Positions 42,226 through 56,322 of a DNA stretch of 64,000 bases are shown in pieces. A program made the position numbers and the translations under genes. A model generated the notes under the pieces. It was not told the origin of the DNA, made no database searches, and saw only the letters and a program-made list of their open reading frames with translations. Each line of letters opens with the position of its first letter. The stretch's first letter is position 1. The stretch is from the human T2T-CHM13v2.0 reference genome, Homo sapiens: the NCBI RefSeq assembly GCF_009914755.1, contig NC_060948.1; one strand, 5' to 3'.

Positions 42226-42739
42226 AGGAAGTGGGGACTCAATTCCTCCTCTTCACTTTTTGAAAAAGGTTGTAAATGAGTCATGTTCTCTTAGGACTCC
42301 TTGTTTGTAGCTATAATTTTTGAGAGTATGATAAGTCTTGAATGTGTAGGAGAAGAATTTAGTGGAATAACTTTTCCAAATGGTAGAAGAAAGAAAGCTT
42401 CCAAGCAGATTGATATGTTCTTTGATTAAAGGCCCTGATTAATGAGACTGATGATTTTTGAGGGGTAGATATATGAACATAGGAGTCACTCCTTTCTAAA
42501 ATGGTAGAGTAACTTCTACTTATCAAATTAATGCAGAGGAATTTCTTTAAATTTGAGAGAATCTCAAAGAGAGCAGAGTTCTATAAGTTTGAACTTCAAA
42601 TATCCAAAATAATAATGTCTTTTTTCCTAAAAACATAACTAAAAGGCAGTATTTAATTCATTCATAAGTTTTGTGCGGTAATAGTTAGCAGATACAAGTT
42701 TATAAGAATTTAGGCCATTAGTATAGACCTTATCAGGAA

Positions 42740-42978
42740 TAATAATTATCATCATAACTTACGCATCCAGTGTCTGTAAAATTTCAGGTAGTTTATTCAT
42801 TTATTCCTCACAGCAACACTAGGACTTAGGTCCTATTATTATCTCTGATTTTATAGATGAAGAAATTGAGACAGTTTTCCTGTGTAGGCAACAGAGTTAG
42901 TTTGTAACACAGCTGGAATTTAAGCCCAAGCAGTTAGATTGCAAAGTTCTTGTTCCTAAACCCCTTGCTGCACTGTCA
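42740..42978 (-). mobile_element. MIR
   Basis: ATTCCTCACAGCAAC...TTTTATAGATGAAGAAATTGAGAC...GGAATTTAAGCCCAAGCAG. Confidence 0.8.
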
Positions 42979-43149
42979 GCCCCTTCAAGGAGCTTCTTTC
43001 ATGATATCTTTGTTTCTTATGCTTATTCTTTTTCAAGATAGTTTGATACATTCATGGAGAATATATTCAGGCATTTTTAAGTCTATCATGTTGGCAAAGG
43101 TGATATTAATGACACAAAAATCTAATATTGATTCCAAAAGGATATCAAA

Positions 43150-43560
43150 TAGAATGGATAGAGAGATATGGTGCATACACAATTCAATACAAATCAGCCT
43201 TTTTTAAAAATGAAAATACTGCAATGTGCAAAAACATGGATATACCTTGAGGATAATAAGCTAAATTTAATAAGCCAGTCACAGAAATAAAAATATGGAA
43301 TGATTCAATTTGTATGAGGTTTCTAAAATATTCAAAGCAAAGAGTGAAATGTTGCCAAGGACTGGGGGAAGGGGGAAATGGGAAGGTACATAATTATGAA
43401 CAGGCAAAAAGTGTTAGTTAAGCAAGATTTATAAGCTCTAGAGATCTGGTATACAAGATTGTACCTAGAGTTGATACTAATGCATTATACACTTCAAAAA
43501 TTGCTAAGACGCTGGATCTAATGTTAAATATTCTAACCACAGTCACATCAAATAAAAAAG
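43150..43560 (+). mobile_element. L1MA/L1MB 3' end fragment
   Basis: AACATGGATATACCTTGAGGA...ATAAGCCAGTCACAGAAA...TCTAGAGATCTG...A-rich end. Confidence 0.75.
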
Positions 43561-44202
43561 GTTAGCATAAAAGAGACCTACTGAGGAAATGAACAGCATA
43601 GCCTAGTGGAGAGAAAAGGGAAAATTCCAGTTATTGAAATTACATATTCTTTTTTTTGTAAACACTGAAATCATTTAATTTGTGGGATAAGGTGGAAGGT
43701 GCTTAATCACACTCTAAAATTTTATGTATGGCTGAAATGTTTTCCCCATTCTCATCACTGTTGTCAAGAAAAATTTATAAAATTGTTTCATAATTCCCAA
43801 AATTTTATTATGCACACTTTCAAACTGAAATTGTTACCTTTGAAATCTCTATTAAAATATGACACAATTCCTCTGAGGAAACTCTTATGGATCTGGAATA
43901 TAATTAAATTTGTATGCTCCTAACTGGATTCAATTCATTAAACTTATACTTTTTTCAGTACCCCCAACTCATGCAATGCTACTTAGGTGAAGCGAATTTT
44001 TATCCTACTGGCTAACACATTAAGGATACTACACATACTTCTGTATGCAAGTTCACAAAAACAAAATAAGGATGCTGTGTTTAACAGTTCAAAATCAGTC
44101 TCTCAACATACACACAAAAGTAGATAATCTCTTCTGTATTGTCTCCTAATATACAATTCTGTCTATACAACTTTCCTTTCATTTTCCAGCCCTCTTTTTA
44201 TT

Positions 44203-44227
44203 ACACACACACACACACACACACACA
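44203..44227. repeat. (AC)n microsatellite
   Basis: Read directly. Confidence 0.95.
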
Positions 44228-44371
44228 AAACATCCGCACTATCTCTCTGCGGTCATTCTTCTGACAAATTCATCAAAACTCTAGTAAAGTTTTGTTTCTA
44301 ATATCAGTGTCTGGGAAAACTAGGTTAGCATTACCTTTTTGAGGAATTAATGGTGAGATGTTTTATTTTTT

Positions 44372-44485
44372 CGGTCAATCAGTAGGCACTTAATGAGTCC
44401 TACTTTGTGACAGGAACTGTGCTATGTGCTGAAGATGCAAATATAAATAAGATATGATTCCTGCCTTCAGATAACTTATGACTTG
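44372..44485 (-). mobile_element. L2 3' end fragment
   Basis: CACTTAATGAGTCCTACTTTGTGACAGGAACTGTGCTATGTGCTG...CCTGCCTTCA. Confidence 0.7.
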
Positions 44486-45829
44486 AGAAGTTTTTCCAGA
44501 AATATTAATAGTCAAATCACTTATTTTGTCTATAATGTAGAACGTAAATATTTATAAATATCCCAAAATGATCAGTGACTCTTCCATGAATTCACACATT
44601 TTCAATTGTAAAACTTCAACTGATCTATTGAGTAGTTTATTAAAAAAACCTCCTCAAATTCTATATCTTATATGATAACTAGTATCATCCTATCTGAAAG
44701 AAAATTTAAAGGTACTTTACATTTGATCTAGAGTTCCAAAACATCTTGAATTTATAGATTTAAATTAGTCAGTGATAATGAAAACACAAAATAATAGATC
44801 ATACGGGTCACAAATTATGACATAGCTGTACCATATGTTGTAATATGTTTTTTATGAAACTTAATTGCCTAATATTTAATAAGAAATTACTTCATCTTAG
44901 CATTTTTGAAACTGTCCTACGATGTAACCAAAATTCATGGATTTGGTATTAAGTGGTATATTGAACTTTATAACTTACTTACATTTAGATTTTTAAAGTG
45001 GCTGAATTCTTACTATTCACCAACAACTGCACTAGGCACTTTGATAAATATTACCACCTCTAAAACTATTAATCATCTTCTAAGTTAGGGAGAATATTTT
45101 ATATGTGATTCAATTGAAGCTGAGAGAAAGGTAAATTCATTTGCACAATTTCACAGTGCTTGCAAATGGTAATATGCAGTTTCAAACTTAAGCATGCTCT
45201 TCTTTATCTACATCAAATGTGCTATATCTGCAGTCATTTTTAGCAGGCTAAATGGTTTAACTTCCATAATGCCTCCAGTTTGTAGTAGTCAAATCATTTC
45301 CTGGGTAGAGGTACAATTTATGCTACACTGCAGAAATAGTTCAGAAATATTTTATGGCAAAATTCTAAAGATATATTCAATGCTTGGGGTGGTACAGAAA
45401 GGAGTGATTTTAGCTAAAATAAAATGCATTTTTTTCGTGGAAGGAAGAATCCACAAAAATTGACCTGCTTAAAAGCTTTGTAAGTTTGTATGTTTGTACA
45501 TGGAGTTTTTAAAATGTGAAATGGAACAGCATGTGACCTTCTAAAGGTAATAACTAATGCCAAAATTCAATAGATTTATTATTCATACTAAAAGTGTTTT
45601 AATGATAATAAACCAGTTACAATGTCATCAGCAAGCAAAATTATTTTCTCCTTTAGTCAGTCATCTTTTATAAATTTGTACCTATAATTATTTTGTCATA
45701 CATTGTCAACTACTTTTGATACCTCAAATATAAATGGAACTATTCTGTAAATAAATGTACAATAGACTATGATTATTCTTTTCATGATTTTTAAAAAATC
45801 ACTCTTATTACCTTAACAATAGTTTCATT

Positions 45830-46418
45830 AAAAAATAGAATAAGACCTACTATTTGATAGCACAATAGGGTAACTATAGTGAATAATAGCTTAATTGTAC
45901 ATTTTATTTTTATTTCTTTTTATTTTATTTTTTTCTTTTGAGACAGAGTCTTGGTCTGTTGCCCAGGCCGGAGTGCAGTGGTGCAATCTCGGCTCACTGC
46001 AACCTCGGCCTCCTGGGTTCAAGCCATTCTCCCTGCCTCAGCCTCCCGAGTAGCTGGGATTACAGGCACCCACCACAATGCCCAGCTAATTTTTGTATCT
46101 TTAGTAAAGATGGGGTTTTGCCATGATGGCCAAGCTAGTCTTGAACTCCTGACCTCAGGTGATCTGCAGGCCTTGGCCTCCCAAAGTTCTGGCATTACAG
46201 GCATGAGCCACAGTGCCGGGCCAATTGTACATTTTAAATAAGATTATAATTGCATTGTTTGTAACTCAAAGAATACATGCTTGAGGAGTTGGATATCCCA
46301 TTCTCAATGATGTGATTATTTCACATTGCATGCCTGTATCAAAACATCTCCTGTACCCCATAAATATATGTACCTACTATGTACCCACAAAAAAGTTTAA
46401 AAATTAAAAGAAAAAAAG
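45830..46418 (+). mobile_element. L1MA1-3-like 3'UTR fragment, split by an Alu
   Basis: ATAAGACCTACTATTTGATAGCACAATAGGG...CACATTGCATGCCTGTATCAAAACATCTC...A tail. Confidence 0.85.
45907..46222 (-). mobile_element. AluS
   Basis: Full antisense Alu; TSD AATTGTACATTTTA at 45893-45906 and 46223-46236. Confidence 0.95.
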
Positions 46419-46961
46419 TTGGCACGTGTTAATATTGTATTCTTTCAAGCACCTTTGAATGTGATCAATGTTAGTAAGATTGTTGTAACATTTCCCTTGC
46501 GATCATAATGAGTAATTCGAGCTGTTTATAGAATCAGTCTTTCTGTGCATCTCGATAGTTAAGAATAGTACCATATAAAAATTTCTTTGTACTATTATAT
46601 TAACGATGCTTTAATATGCAGATTAACAGCACAATATACAATCAATTCAAATTTGGAGCCAAAATATGTATTATGTTTTTAAAAAGGAAAAACATGCATT
46701 TCTCAAAATTTCAGGCTAAATATTAATGAGGTAGGAGTCATTAAAATAATGAGCAACTGAAATGCATCGAAAATGCTATGAAATGCAAAAGATCCAATAA
46801 ACGATTCCATTTTATTTTCATTACTAGTAAAAGACTTCTGATTTAAATTCACCTATCTTCAAGACAACATTTAGACTTGGAAACTTACACTGTCAAAGCT
46901 GAAAGCGTTTCTCTTCTCTGTATAACAGTCCACATAATAGTTTAGTGTTCAAGGAAAATGT

Positions 46962-47183
46962 CAGGGGTGTTCAATCTTGTGCCTTCCCTGAATGACATTG
47001 GAAGAAGAATAATTGTCTTCGGCCACACATAAAATACACAAATATTAACAATAGCTGATGAGTTTTTTAAAATTACAAAAGAATTTCATAATCTTTTAAG
47101 AAAGTTTACTAGTTTGTGTTGGGCTGCTTTCAAAGCCGTCCTGGTCCGCATGCGGCCCGCAGGTGGCAGATTGGGCAAGCTTG
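46962..47183 (+). mobile_element. MER30 hAT-Charlie DNA transposon
   Basis: CAGGGGTGTTCAATCTT...ATTGGAAGAAGAAT...GCATGCGGCCCGCAGG...TTGGGCAAGCTTG. Confidence 0.85.
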
Positions 47184-47609
47184 ATTTAGACCATTCCCAG
47201 TTACAGAACACTCAGAAAACTCACTGCAATATTCATGCCAAAACCAGAAGATGCCTGTATTAATAGAAGCTGGGAAGACTCTGCTTCTCTGACAATTTGA
47301 CAACTGATATTTAAAAGTGTTTAAACATAAGGAAAATTTTCAGATTCATTTTCAAAAATGTTTTAATTACGGGTAGTATAAGAGCTGAGATTTTCTCTTA
47401 CAGCAAAAACAACAAAATGTTTTTATCAACTAGAAGGGTGCGATAATGGAACTACTTTTCATAATTTAAGCTGCTTTTTCTTATAAAATGCCAGAAGAGC
47501 TTTGTCTCTGTGATTTTAAATTGTATGAAATGTAATTTTTTTTAAGAGGTAGATAATACATCACCAATCTTAGTATATTTTTAATTAACTTGAAATTTAA
47601 AACTCCTCA

Positions 47610-48745
47610 AATTTTAAACTACTTTATTTAGGTATGATTGATATGTAAACAGCCATACATACTTAATGGATATAATTCAATGAAGTGGAGGATATGTATA
47701 ACCCCATGAAGTCATTACCGCTGTCAAGGCCATAGACATATTTGGCATTACTCCTAGTACTAAAAATCCTAGCCAGAACAACCTCTGAAAGTTTTCTCCT
47801 GCACCCTTTGTTATTTATTTCAGAGTAATAACATTTAGCGTAAATTTTAAGTATAATACAGTATTATTAACTATAGGTACTAAACCATAGATCTCTCGAA
47901 AAGATTTATCTTACATAACTGAAATTTTGTACCCTTTAGCAAACATTTCCCCATCTCCTCCTTCCTCCAGCACCTGGCAATCACCATTCTACTCTGTGCT
48001 TTTATGATCTTGACTATTTCGATTCCACATCTGAGATCATGCACTATTTGCCTTTTTGCATCTGGCCCATTTCACTTAGCATGTTTTCAAGGTTCATCTT
48101 CATTGCTACATATAGCAATATTTTTTTCAGACTAAGTGATAATTCCATTGAATGTATATACCACATTTTCTATATGCATTCATCCACCAATTGACATTTA
48201 TGTTGTTTTCATAACTTAGCTATTGTAAATAATGATGTAATAAACATGGGAATGCACATATCTATTCAAGATTCTAATTTAAATTATTTTGGATATATAC
48301 TCAGTAGTGGAATTGCTGTATCACATAGTAGTTTTAATTTTAATTTTATGAGGGAGCCCTATACTGTTTTCCATAATGTCTGTACCAATTAAATCTCTGC
48401 AAACAATTTACAAAAGCTTTCTTTTTTCCACATTCTCACCAATACTTTTTTTTTTTTTTTTTTTTTTTGAGACGGAGTCTCGCTCTGTCACCCAGGCAGT
48501 GGTGTGATCTCGGCTCACGGCAACCTCCGCCTCCTGGGTTCAAGGATTCTCCGGCCTCAGTCTCCCAAGTAGCTGGGATTACAGGCATGTGCCACCACGC
48601 CAAGCTATTTTTTTTTATTTTTAGTAGAGATGGGGCTGGCCAGGCTGACCTCGAACTCCTGACCTCAGGTGATCCACCTGCCTCGTCCTCCCAAAGTGCT
48701 GGGATTACAGGCATGAGCCACTGCACCCAGCCACCAACACTTACA
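47610..48745 (-). mobile_element. L1MA/L1MB 3' fragment
   Basis: Antisense 3'UTR and ORF2 end (CCTGGCAATCACCATTCTACTC, GGAATTGCTGTATCACATAGTAG). Confidence 0.8.
48446..48732 (-). mobile_element. AluS with two small internal deletions
   Basis: Poly-T plus Alu; TSD ACCAA(T/C)ACTT at 48438-48447 and 48733-48742. Confidence 0.93.
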
Positions 48746-48759
48746 TTTTAAAAATCTTT

Positions 48760-49243
48760 TTCCCAACTTTCTTGATATGTAACTGACAAATACAAATTAC
48801 ATATATTTAAAATGTAAAATGTAATCCTTTGATATATGCATACAATACAAAGTGATTACCAAAATTAACATATACATCATATTATATAGTTAGCATTTTT
48901 TGCAGTGAGAACACTGAACATCTACTTTTTAATTAATTTCAAATATACAATATATTTTCATTAACTGTAGTTTCTATGTTGTGTATTAGATCTTCAGAAT
49001 CACTCAACTTAAGATTTCAAACATTTTGACCAAAATGTTCTCATTTTTCTCACTCCTCAGCCCCTGGCAACCACCTTTCTGTCATGTTTCTATGAGTTCA
49101 ATTTCAAATTCCATATAAAAGTGAGATCATGCAGTGTTTGTCTTTTTGTGTTTGAGTTATCTCATTTAACATAACATCCTCTAGTTTCATCCATGGTTTG
49201 GCAAATCACAAGGTTTTTTCTTCTATAAGGCTGAATAATATTT

Positions 49244-49297
<54 letters not shown>

Positions 49298-49949
49298 TTT
49301 TCTTTATCCATTCATCCATTACCAAACACTTAGGTTGTTTCCCTATTTTAACTATTGTGAACAATGCTACAATAAACATAGGAGTGCAGATACCTTTTTC
49401 ACATACAGATTGCAATTTCCTTAAATATATATTTATTTTAAGTTTTTGAGGATCCTCTATACTGTTTTCCAAAATAACTGTACCAGTTTACAATCCCATC
49501 AGAATACAAGTTCTCACTTTTCTCTACATCCCTGCCAACACTTGTCACTATTTGACTGTTTGATACTAGATGTGAGGTTATATTCCATTGTAATTTTGAT
49601 TTTTCTAGCGATTAATGATGCTGCTTGATTGAGCACCTTTTCATATCCATACAATATACAATGACCTGTTGGCCATTTGTATGTTTTCTTTAGCTCACTG
49701 TCTACTCAGATTCTTTGCCTATTTTTTAATCAGCTGATTTTTTTTGCTATTTAATTATAGATGTTTCTCTTATATTTTGAATATCAATCCCTTGTCAGAT
49801 ATATGATTTGAAAATACTTTCTCCCATTTAGTTGCTTGACCTTTCATTTTGTTGAATGTTTCCTTTACTGTGCAAAATTTTTTTAGTTTGATGTAATACC
49901 ATTTGTTTATGTTTGCTTTTGTTGTCTGTGCTTTTGGAATTACATTCAA
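48760..49949 (-). mobile_element. L1MA-type 3' part; sense arm of a probable 5'-inverted L1
   Basis: ORF 49206-49472 (CTPMFIVALFTIVK). Orientation flips abruptly near 49950. Confidence 0.8.
49249..49295. repeat. Perfect (TA)23 microsatellite
   Basis: Read directly. Confidence 0.97.
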
Positions 49950-50140
49950 TCATAAAAAGCTGAAAGCATTTTCTCTAAATCAGGAACAAAGCGAGGATGT
50001 CTATGCTCTCCAATTCAATTGAACATAGAACTAAAAGTCCTAGCCAGAAAAATTATATGAGAAATAGAAATAAAAGGTTTCCAAATTAAAACAGAAAAAG
50101 TTAAATTGCCCTGTTTTCAGATGACATAACTTTTACAGGT
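49950..50140 (+). mobile_element. L1 ORF2 RT piece (inverted arm, left part)
   Basis: AAAAGCTGAAAGCATTTTCTCT...CTGTTTTCAGATGACATA. Confidence 0.75.
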
Positions 50141-53100
50141 CAAGAAACATGAAGGAGGGAGAGAGGTGGCTCAGGATTACAAAAGAGAAGGCTTCGTTGA
50201 TCATCCTCCTGGCAAGGAAACCAATTTAACAACTATCTACACAAGAGAAGCACCTTCATAATAACCCAAAATCAGGTGAGCACTCACAGTACCTGCTTTT
50301 TATTTCATATCACTGAAAGAAGCACTGAAGATGTAGAAAAAACAGCCTTGAATTGCTGATGCCAACCCTCCCCGATACATCAGCAGTGGCTGCATGGTGA
50401 GGAGTGTTTCTGTGCACAGCAGAGAGAGGACTGACTTAGTGCTGACCTGTTATAGCAGAAAACAAAACCATACCAATTCAGCTGCCACCCGCCCAGGAAG
50501 GGAGCATTTAAATCAGTTTTAGTAAGAGGGGAATCACCAATCCCAGTGGTCCAAACTTGAGTTTCCACGAGCCTTGCCATTGTGGGCTAAAGTGCTCTGG
50601 GATCATAAATATACTTGAATAGAGACTGCTACAAGGACTACAAGTCCGAGTGCTGAACTGGGCCCAGAGACAGTGGGCTGGGTTAGGTGGGCTACATCTA
50701 CTGATACACCAGCAGGAGCAGCTAAGGGAGTGCTGGTACCAGCCTTCCCCCAAGCCCAGGCTGCACAGCTCATGGCTCCAACAGTGACCCCTTCTCTCCA
50801 CTTAAGGAGAAGAGTGGGAATAGTAGGGAAGATTTTGTCTTGTACCTTAGACACCAGCTCAACTACAGCAGGTTAGAGCATCAGTCATTTTAGACCCTAC
50901 TTCCTGGACATTTCCAGATCCTACTTCCTGGTATTTCTAGACACACCCTGGGCCAGAAGGGAACCTACTTTCTTGAAGGGAAAGACCCAGTTCTGGGAAG
51001 GATTATCATCTGTTAACCAAAGAGCACTTGGGCCCTGAATAATCAGAGGAAATTCCCAAGTACTATGTCAAGGGCTTTGGGTGAAACTCTAACACTTGCT
51101 CACTTCAGGTGAGACTCAGCACATTCCTAGCTGGGATGGCTATGGGATGAGACTCTGTAAACTTGAGAAAAGCAGAGAAAAAAGTCTTGCACCTAACATG
51201 CCAACATGGCCACAGTGGGGTATAGCACCAAGCAGACACCTGGGGTCCCAAATTTCAGGCCTTTACTCTTAGACTTCATTTCTGGAGTTGTCTGGGGCCA
51301 GATGGCAGCCCACTACGCTGAAGGATAAGTCACAGGACAGGTTTTTGGCTCTAGTCTCTGACTCCTGAACAGCACCTAAGGACCCACCTGGCACTGAGGA
51401 GAAGTCACCTCCCTGAAGGGAAGGACAAAGACTAGACTGGCTTTGTTGCCTGCTGAGTGTAGAGTCCCAAGGCCTTGAGCAAACATAGATTGAAGCCAAG
51501 AAGTGATTACCATAGGCCTTGAGTGAGACTCTGTGCTGTGCTGGCTTCAGATCTAACCCAGTACAGTTCTAGTGGTGATGGCCACCAGGGTCCTCTTGTC
51601 ACAACACCCCTAGCTCCAGGTGTCTCAGACCAGAGAAAGAGACTGTGTTCATTTGAGAGAAAGTAAGAGAAGGGAACAACAGTTTCTGCCTGGTAAACCA
51701 GAGAATTCTTTTGGATCTTGCTCAAGACCATCAAGGTAGTACATCTACTAGTCTGCAAGAACCACAGTGTTACTGGGCTTGGCATATAGACTTAGGCAGA
51801 TTCAGCTTAGATCACAACACTCAAGTTTTTTCTAATATCTGGAAAGCCTTCCACAGAAGAATGGGTACAAATAAGCCCAGATAGTGAAGACTAAAATTAA
51901 TACTTACTCAAAAGAATAATAATAGAGAACTTTCCAAACCTAGAAAAATATATCAATATCCCAGTACAAGAAGGTTGTGGAATACCACGCAGATTTTTCC
52001 TAAAGACTACTCAAGGCATGTAATAATCAAACTTCCGAAGGTCAAAAATAACAAAAGAATCTTAAAAGCAACAACAGAAAAGAAACAAATAACATACAAT
52101 GGAGCTCCAATACATCTGGCAGCAGACTTTTCAGTGGAAATCTTACAGGCCAAAAGAGAGTGGTCAGACATATTTAAAGTGTTGAAGAAAAACTTTTAGC
52201 CTTGAATAGTATATCTGGTAAAACTATGCTTCAGATATGAATGACAAGTAAAGATGTTCATGAACAAACAAAAGCTGAGAGATTTCATTAATAACAGAAT
52301 TGTCCTACAAGAAATGCTAAAGAAAGTACTTCAGTCAGAAAGAAAAGAATGTTCACAAGCAATAAGAAATCATCTGAAGGTAAAAAAACTCACTGGTAAT
52401 AGTAAGTACACAAAAACATCACATAATATTATAATAATGTAACTGTGGTGTGTAAACTACACTTAAGTAGAAAGACTTAATGCTGAACCAATGAAAAATA
52501 ATAACTATAACAACATTTCAAGACAGACACAGTACAATAAAATATAAATAGAAACAACAAAACGTTAAAAACCAGAGGGATGAAGTTAGTCTTTTTTGGT
52601 TTTGTTTTTGCATGTTTTTCTTTGTTTGTTTATGCAGTGTTACCTTGTTATCATTGAAAACAATTGGTTATAAGCCAAATGTTAACCTCAAACAAAAATA
52701 TATAGAATGGATATACAATAAATAAAAAGCAAGAAACTAAATTATATTACCAAAGGAAATCACCTTTATTAAAAAGAAAACAGGAAGAAAATAAGGAAGA
52801 GAAGATCACAAAGTAACAAGAAAACAAATAACAAAATGGCAGGAGTAAGTTCTTACATATCTATAATAGCATTAAATGTAAATGGACTAAAGTCTTCAAT
52901 CAAAAGAAATAAGAGTGGCTAAACTGATTTAAAATATACCCACTTAGTTGTTGCCTACAAGAAACACACTGCACCTATCAACACACACATAGACTAAAAA
53001 AACAAAGAAACAAACAAACAAAAAAATTGAAAAAGATATTCCATGTCAATGGAAACCAAAGGGGAGCAGGGTTAGCTATGCTTGTATCAGACAAAATGGA

Positions 53101-53869
53101 TTTCAAGACAAAAATTGTAAGAAGAGACAAAGAAGGAAACTATGAAATGATAAAAGGGTCAATTCAGCAAGAAGATACGGCAACTTAAAAAATACAGGCA
53201 CCCAACAGTGGAGCACACAGATATATAAGTCAAATATTTTCAACAATAATAGTGGGAGATTTCAACACTCTACTTTCAGCACTGGATACATCTTTCATAC
53301 AGAAAATCAACAAAGAATCACCAAATTTAGTCTGCAGTGTAGACCAAATTGACCTAATAGATATTTACAGAACATTATATGCAATGACAAATGAAAACAC
53401 ACTTTTCCTCAGCATGTGGCTCACTCTCAAGGACATACCATACGTTAGATCAGAACACAAGTCTTAAAACATTCAAAAAATTGCAATAATATCAAGCATA
53501 TTCTCTGACCACAATGCAATAAAACTAGAAATAAATAAGAGGAACTTTGGAAACTATAAAAATAGATAAAAATGAAACAATATACTCCTGAATGAACAGT
53601 GAGCAAAGGAAGAAATTAAGAAGGAAATTGAAAAACGTCTTGAAACAAATGATAATAGAACACAGCATACCAAAAACCTATGGGATACAGCAAAAGCAGA
53701 ACTAAGAGGGAAATGTATAGCTATAAGTGCCTACATAAAAACAAAATAAAAACGTCAGTAAAAAACCTAACAATGCATATTGAAAACTAGAAAAGCAAGA
53801 GCAATCTGAATCCAAAATTAGTAGAAGAAAAAATATTAATGATCAGAATAGAAAAAATGAAATTGATAC

Positions 53870-54065
53870 ATTTTAAAATAACCTAAAGACTACAATTGTA
53901 TTGTTTGTTACTCAATGGATAAATGTTTGATGAGATGGATACCCCATTCTTAATTGTGTGTTTATTTCACATTGCATGCATGTATCAAATCATCTCATGT
54001 ACCACATTAATATATACATCTATGTAGCCAAAAAATTAAAAATTAAAAGAATTTAAAATAAATAA
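53870..54065 (+). mobile_element. Short L1MA 3'UTR insertion inside the L1MA ORF2
   Basis: Same 3' motif as 46240-46418, with A-tail; AAATTG repeated on both flanks. Confidence 0.75.
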
Positions 54066-54811
54066 AAAAATTGCAATGAAAAATATAATACAAAGGATCA
54101 ATGAAATAAAAATTGTGGAGTTTTTTGGAAAGTTAAACAAAATTGACAAACACTTAGACATAGTAACTAAAAAAAGAGAGAAGATACAAATAAATAAAAT
54201 CAGAGATGTAAAAGGAGACATTACAACAGATACTCTAAAATTCAAAGGATTATTAGTGGCTGCTATCAGCAACTATATGCAATAAATTGGAAAATCTAGA
54301 AAAAGTATACAAAATGGTAGACACATACAACCTACCAAGATTGAACCAGGTAGGAATCCAAAACCTAAACAGAAAAGTAACAAGTTACTAGATTGAGGCT
54401 ATAATAAAAAGCCTCCCAGCAAGGTAAAGTCCTCAACCTGAGGGATTCACTTCTGAATTCCACCAACATTTTAGAGCTAATACCAATTCTATTCAAACTA
54501 TTCTTAAAAGTAGAGAAGGGAATATTTCTAAACTCTTTCTATAAGGCCAATATTACACTGATCCCAAAACCGGATTAAAAAAAGGTCAAAGAAAGAAAAT
54601 AAAAAGCCAATATCTCTGATGATATTGATGCAAAAATTTCCAATAACATATTGTTAAACAAAATTAAACAATACATTGAAAAGATGTCATCTATCATGAC
54701 CAAGTAGGATTTATTCCTGGGATGCAAGGATGATTCAACATATGCAAATCAATCAATGTGATACATCATATCAACAGAATGAAGAACAAAAAATATATGA
54801 TTTTTTAAAAT

Positions 54812-54920
54812 GTTATTTTAATTTCTATTATTTGTAGAGACAGGGTCTCCTTATGTTGCCCAGGCTGGTCTCAAACCCCTGGGCTCATGCAATCCTGATG
54901 CCTCAGCCTCTCAAAGTGCT
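54812..54920 (-). mobile_element. FLAM/AluJ left-monomer fragment
   Basis: TGTAGAGACAGGGTCTCCTTATGTTGCCCAGGCTGGTCTCAAAC...CAAAGTGCT. Confidence 0.85.
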
Positions 54921-56257
54921 GATCATTTCAACTGATAATGAAAAATAATTTGATAATATTCAAAATCACTTCATGATAAAAATCCCAAAAGCATCAGGAA
55001 AAGAATAAATACACTTCAACAAAATAAGAGCCGTATGTGACAGTACCACAGCTAGTATACTGAATGGGAAACAGCTGAAATATTTTCCTCTAAGATGTAG
55101 AACGTGACAAGGATGTTTGTTGTCATCAGTGTTATTCAACATAGTGGTAGAAATCCTAGCTGAAGCAATAAGATGAGAAATAAATAAAATACATATAAAT
55201 TTTAAAGGAAAAAGTTAAATTATCCTTGTTTGCAGATGATATGTCCTTATATTAGGAAAATCCTAAAGACTCCACAAAACAAAAAACAATTATTAGAACT
55301 AGTAAACACATTCACTGAAGTTGAGGAATAAAAAACACAAAAATCAGTAGCATTTCTATACGTAAACAGTGAACAATCTGAAAAAGAAATTATAAAAGTA
55401 ATCACATTTACAATAACCAAACATCAAATTAAATACCTGGGAATTAACCAAAGAAGTGAAAGATATCTATAATAAAAACTATACAACACTGATTAACAAA
55501 ATGAAAAGGAAACTAAATAATGCAAAGGTATTCCATGTTCATGGTTTGGTAGAAAAATTGTTAACATGTCTATATTGACCAAAGCAACCTACAGATTCAG
55601 TGCAATCCCTATCAAAATACCAATGATATTCTTCATAGACATAGCAACTACAAAGCTATAGTAAACAAAACAGCATGCTACTAGCATAGAAACTGACATG
55701 TAGACCAATGGAACAGAGTAGAGAATCCAGAAACAAATCCACACACCTACAGTGAACTCATTTTCAACAATAGCGCCAAGAACATAAACTGGAGAAAAGA
55801 CACCCTCATCGATAAATGATGCTGGGGAATCTGGATATGCATATGCAAAAGAATGAAACTAGAACTCTATCTCTCACCATGTACAAAAATCAAACCAAAG
55901 GGATTAAAGACTTAAATCTAAAACCTCAAACCGTGAAACTACTACAAGAGAACATTGGGGAAAATCTCCAAGACATTGGTCTGGGCAAACATTTTTTGAG
56001 CGACACCAAACAAACACGGTCAACCAAAGCAAAAATTGACAAATGTAATGACATCAAGTAAAAAAGCTACTGCACGGCAAATGAAAAAAATCAACAAAGT
56101 GAAGAAACAACCCATAGAATGGTAGAAAATATTTGCAAACTACCCATCTGACAAGGGACTAATAACCAGAATATGCAAGGTACTAAAATAACTCAATAGC
56201 CAAAATATACACAGTCTGATTAAAATGGTCAAAATACATAATTTTAACATTTATAAC

Positions 56258-56322
56258 ATCAGGAGACCAGCATGGCCAATAGAGTAAGATCCTGTCTCAG
56301 AATTTAAAAAGAAAAAAAAAAG
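56258..56322 (+). mobile_element. Short FLAM/Alu fragment with A tail
   Basis: GAGACCAGCATGGCCAATAGAGTAAGATCCTGTCTC followed by A-rich sequence. Confidence 0.65.

Larger units (their letters stand above)
50150..56240 (+). mobile_element. Long decayed L1MA1-3-like element: 5'UTR, partial ORF1 and ORF2; 3' end missing
   Basis: GC-richer 5'UTR at 50150-51900; ORF1 remnants 51975-52442; ORF2 start ATGGCAGGAGTAAGT near 52836; EN motif GDFNTLLS (53252); RT TTTGCAGATGATATG near 55230. Confidence 0.88.

Noticed and set aside
39233-45463. Several 60-90 aa ORFs in AT-rich unique DNA
   Set aside because: Low-complexity F/I/L/K composition, no recognisable domains, and lengths within random expectation.
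45938-48751. Alu-derived ORFs here and at 9731, 11460, 22468, 24194, 32864 and 57102
   Set aside because: Typical open frames of Alu sequence with no coding evidence.
50380-51785. GC-richer ORF cluster resembling a gene
   Set aside because: Lies within the L1MA 5'UTR.
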